64,000 bases of DNA, from contig JAAYVG010000029.1 of NCBI GenBank assembly GCA_012517285.1, positions 2 to 64,001 on the forward strand, read 5' to 3'. Each line of letters begins with the position of its first letter. Position 1 is the stretch's first letter. A program made the translations under genes and the position numbers. Shown here piece by piece: positions 38,129-46,013 of the stretch. Source of the DNA: Elusimicrobiota bacterium. Lineage in GTDB: Bacteria; Elusimicrobiota; Elusimicrobia; Elusimicrobiales; UBA9959. The notes under the pieces were generated by a model, which was not told the DNA's origin, searched no databases, and saw nothing but the letters and a program-made list of their open reading frames with translations.

Positions 38129-38171
38129 TCCTCCGGATAGTCAATATCAAATTTTGTTATAATCTTATTAT
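38129..38171 (+). promoter_or_regulatory. 43-bp direct repeat copy 2 (same extended -10 promoter), directly abutting the ATG of the PLD-like stub
   Basis: Identical to 37338-37380. Confidence 0.6.
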
Positions 38172-38360
38172 ATGATGGGAAAAGAATATACTCATTTTAT
38201 AACCAACAGAGAAAAGACTCTTGCACAAACAATATCAAACATATCTAACTCCATTGAAAACATTTACATCCTTGTTGGCTTTTTCTATTTTAGCGGATAT
38301 TTCAAGCTGAAGGATGAATTTAAAAATAAAAACATACAGATTCTTGTAGTTAGTTTATAA
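38172..38360 (+). pseudogene. N-terminal stub (62 codons) of a PLD-type nuclease domain protein (as found at the N-terminus of defence-associated helicases)
   Basis: The ILVGFFYFSGYFKLKDEF..IQILV pattern resembles the first half of PLD-like domains. The ORF stops abruptly and downstream DNA is unrelated. Confidence 0.4.
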
Positions 38361-38412
38361 ACTTTACTCCCTTACTCAGGAAGAAATCCAATTAATCGAA
38401 GGAGAAAATGCT

Positions 38413-38616
38413 CCACACCGAAAGTAACCGCGTAGGTTACTTTGGTTTTAATTCTGATATGAGAAGGGGGAAACTGGTAAATGACATATTTTCATTTGTA
38501 TATTTTTCAGCCCTTTCACAAGCAATAGAAATATTATCACTCATATTTTTAACCCAATCTTCCCTTTCTAAAAAATTTTCATCAGTTGAATAGTCAGGGA
38601 TATATTTTTTTAAGTA
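38413..38616. repeat. ~204-bp direct repeat, copy A: orphan copy of the rloB 3' end plus its terminator hairpin
   Basis: Matches 43567-43769 with a single substitution that I could find (A/G at CACA[A/G]GCAAT). Identity collapses abruptly beyond 38616. Confidence 0.9.
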
Positions 38617-38689
38617 GGGGGCAATGAAAAACTCTAAGAGTGGAGATTTAGGACAATAAAAAATTGCTATTCAAAACACTTAAAGTTCA

Positions 38690-38905
38690 CATTCTAACGA
38701 CAGGTTAAGGTTAAGATTGAGGTCAAGAAGAAAACGACAAATCCCCATCAAAATAGCGAACAGAGGTCAGAAGTCAGAGGAGAGACAAATAGGGAATTTT
38801 CTTAAATTCTGTTTCGTGCTTTCTGTCTTCTGTCATCTGTTTTCTGACTTCTGTTTCCACTAAACAACCAGACAACTAAATAACCAGACAACTAATACGC
38901 TACTC
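38690..38905. repeat. Composite dispersed repeat (GTTAAGGTTAAG, CAGAAGTCAGAG and AACCAGACAACTAA words)
   Basis: Its reverse complement aligns along its length with 61855-62046, e.g. GGAAACAGAAGTCAGAA.ACAGA...GACAGAAAGCACGAAACAG.ATTTAAGAA and CTCAATCTTAACCTTAACCTG. Confidence 0.7.
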
Positions 38906-39239
38906 TCACTGGTAAATTTCACATTATTTACGAATGACAAGATTATAATAAAGTAATTGAATTAGATATAATAGGATGTAGATACCTATAATACCCGCGG
39001 GAATGCTTATTACGATAAAGGCGAGTATGATGTGGGTTGACCGGTGTCTGTTCGCATCTTGTGATACACAAAAAAGATATATAAAATAAGCATTTATTTT
39101 TTTTCGTGAAAAAATTTCAATCCAATTTCGTATATATATAGTAGACCTTGTCCAAAAACAAACAGAACGATAACTAAAAAAGGACAAGTCAGAAAGGCAA
39201 GTGTTAATACTTGAGATTATGTCTTTATTGGAGGTATTT

Positions 39240-40727
39240 ATGGAAAAGAAGATATTGACTAAGGCAGTGAATAATGATAAAAAAATGGTTCACGACCATC
39301 TTTACTCGCAAAACTGCCTTTTACGAGAAATGGCAGCGGAATTCTTAAGCAAAACCAATTCAGTGGATGTCGCAAAGGGATTACTCGCAGAATTAACAAA
39401 TAAGGACCGCTTTATCGCCAGTAGAGCGGCATGGGGACTTACCTTGATGAAAGAGAGAATCTCGGTGCCTCTCTTGATAAAAGCTTTGCGAAGCTCAAAT
39501 CCAAATATTTGTCGTGAGGCAGGATGGGCACTAAAACGCACGACAAGTATGAGGGCGGATAAGGCATTATCTGAGGCATTGAAAGACCGAAATCCCATAG
39601 TTCAACAATCAGCTGCATTCGGTCTATGCGGAAAAGCAATTGCAAAAAACGCGAAAGTGCAGAGAACACTCATTAAGATGCTGAAAGGCGACAAGGGTAA
39701 TATCACGATAACTTTAGGAGAAACCAAAAATAAAAAGGCCATGGATGCATTATCTGCTGCCCTCCAAACCAAGACATTTCCCGCACGAGCAATGGCGATT
39801 ATGTATCTTGCAAATGCAAAAGATTCCCGCGCTCTTAAACCAGCCATAGATATGCTCAAGGAAAAAGACCACAACAGTTCTACTGCAATGTGGTCACTGG
39901 AATTGCTGGATGATACCAAAGCGATTGGTCCGGTAGTTGAGCATATTACACACCTCGGACAGAATAAATGCTTCAATCAACTGTATCATCCAATGAGAAC
40001 AATAGACAGATTAAAGCGAACTGCTGCCATTGAGTTTCTGCTTCCCTTTTTGTACAATAAAGATTATAGGGTTCGTCTTAATGCAACGGTATCTTTAGGC
40101 GCGGTAGCATCGAAAAAGGCGGCAAAGCACCTTATCAGGATGCTGAATGACGAACACTGGCTTGTTCGCGGTTCTGCCGCAGAAGCATTGGGGGCTATAG
40201 GAGATGTTAAAGTCCTAAAACACCTAATTAGTTCACTGAACGATAGGTCATGGTATGTCAGGAGATATGCTGCCGTTTCGATAGGAAAACTGAAGGACCC
40301 AAGGGCCGTTCACTCGCTTTTGATGGCATGTAAAGATAAAAATGAACTTGTCCAGTTGGCTGCTGTGGAAGCATTGAGTGAGATTGCCAGTCCCAGTCCT
40401 ATAATTGTAACTAAAATGATAAGGGGACTTTCTTGTGACCAAAATCCTCATATCCGTCGAGTTTCTGCAGAGTTCTTGGGGAAAATGAAGGTGCGCAAGG
40501 CTGTTCCTGTCCTGATAAAACGGTTGTTGGATGAACAAGGGGAAGAAAGGGCAATGTTTGCAGAGGCTCTGGGAAATATCGGTGACCGTAGAGCAATTGA
40601 GCCTTTGAAAAGGTGTCTAAAAGATAGCACCGCCGAGGTTTACATGGCGGCTGAAAAAGCCCTGAATCAGATTAATGAGCCTAAACCTACTATATTCAGG
40701 CACATATACGGATGCCGGATAAAATAA
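39240..40727 (+). CDS. HEAT-repeat protein (PBS-lyase HEAT-like repeats)
   Basis: 495 aa. Repeated ~31-aa units of the form D.n..VR..AA.ALG.IGD..A...LI..L (e.g. DEHWLVRGSAAEALGAIGDVKVLKHLISSLNDRSWYVRRYAAVSIGKLKD). ATG at 39240 follows GGAGGT. One line counts 50% G+C. Confidence 0.85.
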   Translation: MEKKILTKAVNNDKKMVHDHLYSQNCLLREMAAEFLSKTNSVDVAKGLLAELTNKDRFIASRAAWGLTLMKERISVPLLIKALRSSNPNICREAGWALKRTTSMRADKALSEALKDRNPIVQQSAAFGLCGKAIAKNAKVQRTLIKMLKGDKGNITITLGETKNKKAMDALSAALQTKTFPARAMAIMYLANAKDSRALKPAIDMLKEKDHNSSTAMWSLELLDDTKAIGPVVEHITHLGQNKCFNQLYHPMRTIDRLKRTAAIEFLLPFLYNKDYRVRLNATVSLGAVASKKAAKHLIRMLNDEHWLVRGSAAEALGAIGDVKVLKHLISSLNDRSWYVRRYAAVSIGKLKDPRAVHSLLMACKDKNELVQLAAVEALSEIASPSPIIVTKMIRGLSCDQNPHIRRVSAEFLGKMKVRKAVPVLIKRLLDEQGEERAMFAEALGNIGDRRAIEPLKRCLKDSTAEVYMAAEKALNQINEPKPTIFRHIYGCRIK

Positions 40728-40870
40728 TTGCGACACTAATTTGTCGTGATAAACGTTATGTCCGGCTCCAAGACTGGGAAAGGATGAAAAGGATAATTGA
40801 GTAAGCAGAAAAAAAGAAACTAATTGGTCACAATATTTGAACACACACAGATTATTAAGGAGGTATAGCA

Positions 40871-41800
40871 ATGAGTTATCTAAGCGATCTAATTGAAAGA
40901 TTTAATAAATCATTTAATCCATCTGATCTATTCGATGAATTAATAGAATGCACTAAGGCAAACGATATTATGATTCATAACGAAAAAACAGGAGACGGGA
41001 TATTTATTGTTAAGGGCAGAAAGCACCAGAAACGAATTGAAAACGGCAGATTAAAAGCAACGGTAAGTAGAGGTAAGGATGTTAATCAGGATGTTAATAG
41101 TGAGGTTTCTTTGTCAAGAGCTCTTTTTAATGCTGATAGAATAAATCTTCCTGATAATGGAACAAATGGAGAACCGAGACAAATGGAGTTAATTTCCTTT
41201 GAAGCGCCCTTATTACGCAGAAGCCACGGAATAGGAAAACGGGAAATCAAGTGTGATCTAATAGGCATTGAGAAAACAGAAAAAGAATTAAATATTTTTG
41301 CTATTGAGGTAAAAAACCGGGCTGGAAAGAATACAAACATTAGTTATGCAATCCCGGAAGCATTCGCTTATGGCATAGTTTTAGGAAAGTATTTGATGGA
41401 TGAAAACATGAAAAAATTGGTCATAAAACAAATTAATGCAGCGCAGATTTGGAAATCAAGAGAACTCAAAAAAGAAGACATAGAAGATAAAAATTGTTCG
41501 TGTCCAGTCTGCCATGTCTATCCCATAGTCCTTGCCCCAAGAGACTATTGGAAAACACAGTTGAGTTCAAACGAAACGCTTGAAAAATATCAAAACCTAA
41601 AAGAAATGTTCACTGTAAAATTGAACGATGAAAACTTGAGCTCTTGCTTATCAATGCCATCGTATTGGGTGTTACCATCTGGTGAGGTCAAATTCGACGA
41701 CGACAGTAATATACCAGAATTAAAAAAATTAGACGACATACAATCATATAACTCATTAGAAGAGGTCAAAAGAGGAATCTATTCCCAGAATAACTTATGA
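40871..41800 (+). CDS. Hypothetical protein with a PD-(D/E)XK nuclease-like core
   Basis: RBS AAGGAGG. IKCDLIGIE...LNIFAIEVKNRAGKN gives D129...E146-x-K148 in a beta-strand-like context. CSCPVCH knuckle downstream. No family name recognised. Confidence 0.55.
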   Translation: MSYLSDLIERFNKSFNPSDLFDELIECTKANDIMIHNEKTGDGIFIVKGRKHQKRIENGRLKATVSRGKDVNQDVNSEVSLSRALFNADRINLPDNGTNGEPRQMELISFEAPLLRRSHGIGKREIKCDLIGIEKTEKELNIFAIEVKNRAGKNTNISYAIPEAFAYGIVLGKYLMDENMKKLVIKQINAAQIWKSRELKKEDIEDKNCSCPVCHVYPIVLAPRDYWKTQLSSNETLEKYQNLKEMFTVKLNDENLSSCLSMPSYWVLPSGEVKFDDDSNIPELKKLDDIQSYNSLEEVKRGIYSQNNL

Positions 41801-43089
41801 ACATTAAACTTCACGGAGGTGCAAATACAATAGGTGGCAACTGCGTTGAGGTTACATCAGAAACAGATCGCATCCTTATAGATTTCGGTTGGCCGATAGG
41901 ATCGCCAGATGACCCCGATTTCCAGAAGAAATTTAAGGGAAAGTCTACAGACGAACTAATTAAGGCAGGGTTCATTCCTGACATAAAAGGTCTATACAAA
42001 GGCACACCTCTCGGTTTTACTGGCGCACTTCTCAGCCATTCGCATCCTGACCATTATGGATTTCTGTCGCATGTGAATCCGAAACTAAAAATATATGCGC
42101 ATAGGACAACTGGTAAAATTATATTTGCAGCGACCCTTTTTGGCCAGGCTGAACCCATAAAGGCTCGCATCTTAGGGTGTGAACCATACTCCCCTTTCCC
42201 GTTGGGTGGTCAATTCACAGTTGAACCATTTGAGGCAGATCATTCTGCTGCTGGGGCTTATTCTTTTTTGGTATTAGATAAAAAGTCTAAAAAAAGACTG
42301 TTTTACTCGGGCGATATCGCCGGACATTTAAGCAATCCTCATATGTTTAATAAGATGCTGAACCGTAAGTGGAAAATAGATTGCCTTTTACTTGAGGGAA
42401 CCAATATAAATAGCAGTGAAGGGCTTTACCCCAGCGAGGAGTCGGTTAAAGTGGGAATATCTAAAGTATGTTCACAACACGCTGGATGTATTTTTTTTGC
42501 TTGCTCAAGCCAGAATCTCACCCGCCTACATTCGGCATATACCGCAGCTCGAACCTCTGGAAGAACATTAGTTATAGATCCATATACCGCTTTTATACTC
42601 AAAATGTATGAGGATTTACCCGGCAATAGCCTGCATTACAATTCTCGGGGCATTAAAATCTTTTTTACTCGATCCTCGTATACAGAAAATTTGTTGAAGT
42701 ATCCCAATCTTATGGCTAAAATGCGGCGTACCGAAATAACAAAGGATGAGATATCATCCGCCCCCGGCAAATATATTCTTAAAGATTCATGGGATATGCG
42801 GCATAGCTTTGCTTCTCTTGCGACTCAAGGTGAAAAACCTGTTCTTATTTATTCTCTCTGGGATGGGTACTTAAAACGAGATCAACAGTTCTGGAACGAT
42901 AATAAGATTGAGATAATTAAGATTCACACCAGCGGTCATGCGTATAAAAAAGAGTTGCTAAAATTAGTCACTGCTATGCGACCGAAGTTGATAATCCCCA
43001 TTCACACGGCGCATAAAGAGATGTATAAGGATTTATTTAAAGACTTTAAAGTTGAGCCACACAATCCTGGCGAGGAATTTAAAATTTAA
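41797..43089 (+). CDS. Metallo-beta-lactamase fold nuclease, beta-CASP / RNase J-like
   Basis: HSHPDH (HxHxDH) at aa 81-86, EADHSAAG, YSGDIAGH, LLEGTN, HTSGHA and IPIHTAH motifs. ATGA overlap with the upstream gene. One line counts 42% G+C. Confidence 0.85.
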   Translation: MNIKLHGGANTIGGNCVEVTSETDRILIDFGWPIGSPDDPDFQKKFKGKSTDELIKAGFIPDIKGLYKGTPLGFTGALLSHSHPDHYGFLSHVNPKLKIYAHRTTGKIIFAATLFGQAEPIKARILGCEPYSPFPLGGQFTVEPFEADHSAAGAYSFLVLDKKSKKRLFYSGDIAGHLSNPHMFNKMLNRKWKIDCLLLEGTNINSSEGLYPSEESVKVGISKVCSQHAGCIFFACSSQNLTRLHSAYTAARTSGRTLVIDPYTAFILKMYEDLPGNSLHYNSRGIKIFFTRSSYTENLLKYPNLMAKMRRTEITKDEISSAPGKYILKDSWDMRHSFASLATQGEKPVLIYSLWDGYLKRDQQFWNDNKIEIIKIHTSGHAYKKELLKLVTAMRPKLIIPIHTAHKEMYKDLFKDFKVEPHNPGEEFKI

Positions 43090-43210
43090 AATTTTTCTAT
43101 GCTTGTCAATTGCATTTTAAAATCGCAGTATATAATAATGGACTGCAGTGAGTAAAACAGCTTTGGCTATATCCTGACTTCCACATTTTTTTAGCATCAA
43201 GTCGTTTTTG

Positions 43211-43242
43211 TTATTCTCTAATTCTGCAGAATTAGAGAATAA
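43211..43242. repeat. Second copy of the 32-bp CTGCAG-centred palindrome (family I)
   Basis: TTATTCTCTAATTCTGCAGAATTAGAGAATAA; compare 18734-18765. Confidence 0.85.
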
Positions 43243-43332
43243 CAAGATTAAAAAAACATAAGTGAATTCCATCAGTTAAACAAGGTGGCATTGAAGAGGT
43301 CTATGAGTTTTGAGTTTTACAGTAAAACCTCT

Positions 43333-43415
43333 GGCCAACTTCGTAGGTTGAAAAGGTTACAACGCTTTTATTCAATTATTCATCTTGATGTTTATCTGTC
43401 TTCATCTCGATGATT
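43333..43415. repeat. Dispersed ~80-bp repeat, inverted copy of 23885-23966
   Basis: CCAACTTCGTAGGTTGAAAAGGTTACAACGCTTTTATTCAATTATTCATCTTGATG... is the reverse complement of the 23.9-kb sequence with a few mismatches. Confidence 0.75.
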
Positions 43416-43566
43416 AACTCTTCTCAAATTCCATACGATCGTGTCAGAATGAAGGAAAACTATTTTAAATTTTATATAAATTTTTTATGTATAAAGTCTA
43501 TATTTTATTTAAAAAATGCAGAAGTCGGGTCTGAATACAAAGTGGAGTTAGTAGATTAGCTGATCC

Positions 43567-43769
43567 CACACCGAAAGTAACCGCGTAGGTTACTTTGGTT
43601 TTAATTCTGATATGAGAAGGGGGAAACTGGTAAATGACATATTTTCATTTGTATATTTTTCAGCCCTTTCACAGGCAATAGAAATATTATCACTCATATT
43701 TTTAACCCAATCTTCCCTTTCTAAAAAATTTTCATCAGTTGAATAGTCAGGGATATATTTTTTTAAGTA
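43567..43769. repeat. ~204-bp direct repeat, copy B (in situ 3' end of rloB)
   Basis: See 38413-38616. Confidence 0.9.
43573..43599 (-). terminator. Hairpin CCAAAGTAACC-TACGC-GGTTACTTTCGG after the rloB stop (family G)
   Basis: Starts 9 nt beyond the stop codon on the minus strand. Same hairpin at 38419-38445 and 51755-51776. No clear U tract. Confidence 0.45.
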
Positions 43770-44444
43770 TTTTTTTAATTCGGTTGCAATAAATACCTTA
43801 TTTGTATCTTCAAAGTGTAATAAGAACCAGTATTCTATTGAAGGATTGCTTGTTATCGTGGGGCTCACTGAAAAAGTCTAACGAAAGATAATTTTCCAAA
43901 TGAATAGTTGTCTCGATTATAGTGTATTATTGCTTTAAAAGTGCACGATTTTTAAAGTAATGTTGCAAAACCCATGCATTTTTTTATCTTTCTTTTGGCA
44001 ATAAAGATAATGCTTTTCTACTACGGCTTCGTCAGAACTCGCTTACAGACTACTTTGTAGTATGCTCGGTCGTCTTTTCGCCTCATAACGAAAATCCTTG
44101 TTTTATTGCTCAAATAGACTTTTTCAGTGAACCCTAAACAGATTTTTATTTTTATTATTTTCTTTTAACTTTTTATAGCTGTCTAAATTATTTTCCACAT
44201 CTTTTATATAAAATGCGAGGTAGTCTCTACCTGATTCTGATATATCTTTTATTTTTCTTTTAATTTTTTTATACGAATTACCTATTCCAAAATCTGCTCT
44301 TTTTAAATGAATAGAAAAATTATCAGGATGATTTAGTTTTAATTTCATTAAATGTTTTAAATAAAAAAATTCAGTCAGTCCATCGCCGTAAAAATATAAA
44401 ACCTTTTTTAATATTCTATTCCCAGATTTTCTGTAATTAGTCAT
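43590..44444 (-). pseudogene. RloB-like protein gene interrupted by a 274-bp TIR element
   Basis: 44135-44444 is the N-terminal part. 43590-43858 is the C-terminal part with SNPSIEYWFLLHFE (RloB-like signature). Removing 43861-44134 plus one flanking dinucleotide rejoins KNLF|TITSNP in frame. Confidence 0.8.
43861..44134 (-). mobile_element. 274-bp miniature TIR element (family M2), inverted copy
   Basis: Same length as, and near-identical by eye to, the reverse complement of 11596-11869. Flanked by TA (44135-36) and TG (43859-60). Confidence 0.8.
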
Positions 44445-45676
44445 AAATCTTCTATATCAGGTATAGCCCCAAACCTTCCATATTGATATGCCTTTCTTAA
44501 TGATGATATTCTGTTGACTCCGTTAAAATCTGTGAGCGGATAGACATCGCTTGAGCCATCTTCTTTTTTTGAAACGAACCATATATTATCCTTTCTTATC
44601 ACATCATCATATTCAAGAAATGTATCATTATGTGTTGTGGATATAAGCTGTGAATTCTTTCTATTAGATATAAAATTTTTTATAACGGAGATAGCAAGTT
44701 TAGGATGAATAGAATTTTCTATCTCATCAATCAAAAAGATGCTATCATCACTTAATAATTCAAATATTCCAATTGTAAATATAAATTTTATGGTTCCTTG
44801 GGACTCTAATTGTTCTGGAAGGATATATTCTTTTAAATTATTATTTTCCATTACTTTATGTATATAATTCACTCTTGTCAGCGATACCTTTTTTTGTTCA
44901 ATATTTTCAATATTATTTGCTTCATATTTTTCAGTTGATATATTGCTTATATTAAAATCCGCTATCTTTAATTTATTTATTATTTCATCCTTAAAATTAC
45001 TATTTGTATGTATTTTTTCTTTTATTAATTCATAAATACTCGATTTACCTAATTCACTCAAATTAAAGATTGGCCAAATGCTATTGGTAAACCTTAATAA
45101 ATTTTCAATGTGAACATTTTTAAAGTTAAGTTGTTCATAAGATGACAACACGCTCATATTTTTTAAACATTTTATTTCTAATTCTTTTTTAATAGCAGAA
45201 TCAATGTTTTCACTATTTCCAAATTCAATATAACTTATTTCATTTTCATTTTTTCTTTCAAATATCAATGAAGGCTTGTTTGATTTATAAACGCTCAAAG
45301 ATTCATATAAAAACTCTTTAAAATTTATTTTGAGACAATACTCATACCTTAAATTATCCTGATAAAAAATAATTTCAAATTCTGATGGTTTACCTTTTGT
45401 CTCACTGCTCAAAAGAAAAGGAGTATAGGATGGTATCTCTTTATCCTTACTTTCGGGTTTATAAGATAAAGCCATTCTAATAAAATTTATGGCTTTTAAT
45501 AGATTACTTTTTCCCGCGGCATTTGGGCCATAAATAAGAGCAAAATTTAGAAGTTTTGATTTGCCTTTTTCTGTTATTCCATAATCACCAAGTTTTTTAT
45601 CCCTCGTGGCTCTCAAATCAAATGATATCTCATCCTTAAATGATAAAAAATTTTTTACCTTAAATGTCTCTATCAT
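44441..45676 (-). CDS. AAA/ABC-type ATPase (AAA_21-like), partner of RloB; AbiL/OLD-like logic
   Basis: Walker A GPNAAGKS. Distant Walker B FLIDEIENSIHP and STTHN. 4-nt overlap with the rloB start. Confidence 0.85.
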   Translation of the reverse strand: MIETFKVKNFLSFKDEISFDLRATRDKKLGDYGITEKGKSKLLNFALIYGPNAAGKSNLLKAINFIRMALSYKPESKDKEIPSYTPFLLSSETKGKPSEFEIIFYQDNLRYEYCLKINFKEFLYESLSVYKSNKPSLIFERKNENEISYIEFGNSENIDSAIKKELEIKCLKNMSVLSSYEQLNFKNVHIENLLRFTNSIWPIFNLSELGKSSIYELIKEKIHTNSNFKDEIINKLKIADFNISNISTEKYEANNIENIEQKKVSLTRVNYIHKVMENNNLKEYILPEQLESQGTIKFIFTIGIFELLSDDSIFLIDEIENSIHPKLAISVIKNFISNRKNSQLISTTHNDTFLEYDDVIRKDNIWFVSKKEDGSSDVYPLTDFNGVNRISSLRKAYQYGRFGAIPDIEDL

Positions 45677-45825
45677 AATAACCTCTTCATCAACACAATA
45701 TACATAATTTTATCATTTTTTTGAAGTAAAATAACAAAATTATGGATTATTTTTCTATTTTTAGCATTTTTTTATCATTTTAAATAAAAATAATTTGATT
45801 AATTTTATTGTTTATAGAACAAACT

Positions 45826-45936
45826 GTTTCATATACATTTCTGGTAAGTACATCAGTTGGACAGGCTTGCATACACATGAATATCCCCTTTTATTGCGTT
45901 TCATATACATCTCTGGTAAGTGTATCAGTTGGACAG
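45826..45936. repeat. Two 39-bp direct repeats spaced 72 bp apart, start to start
   Basis: GTTTCATATACATTTCTGGTAAGTACATCAGTTGGACAG (45826-45864) and GTTTCATATACATCTCTGGTAAGTGTATCAGTTGGACAG (45898-45936). Confidence 0.75.
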
Positions 45937-46013
45937 AGATATTTTACATCTCTGACACTAATGTTGTAAGAGAATGGTATAAGATTATTATAACATCGTG
46001 ATTGTCCTATAAT

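Noticed and set aside
38408-38593. 61-aa plus-strand ORF in the orphan repeat copy
   Set aside because: It is the antisense shadow of the duplicated rloB 3' end. The same sequence at 43.6 kb is read on the minus strand as part of RloB.
38924-39187. 87-aa minus-strand ORF upstream of the HEAT gene, with a hydrophobic C-terminal stretch
   Set aside because: TTG start, no RBS, no internal ATG, and a composition typical of AT-rich non-coding DNA. It could conceivably be a small membrane protein, but I cannot support that.
39302-40871. Cluster of antisense ORFs (39302-39598, 39439-39669, 39602-39976, 40248-40538, 40411-40596, 40448-40630, 40617-40871)
   Set aside because: All are opposite the HEAT-repeat gene, whose repeat periodicity and RBS clearly mark the sense frame. 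Higher G+C lowers stop-codon frequency on the antisense strand.
45795-46001. 68-aa ORF covering the 39-bp direct repeats
   Set aside because: Its internal duplication simply mirrors the DNA repeat. No RBS and a non-ATG start.
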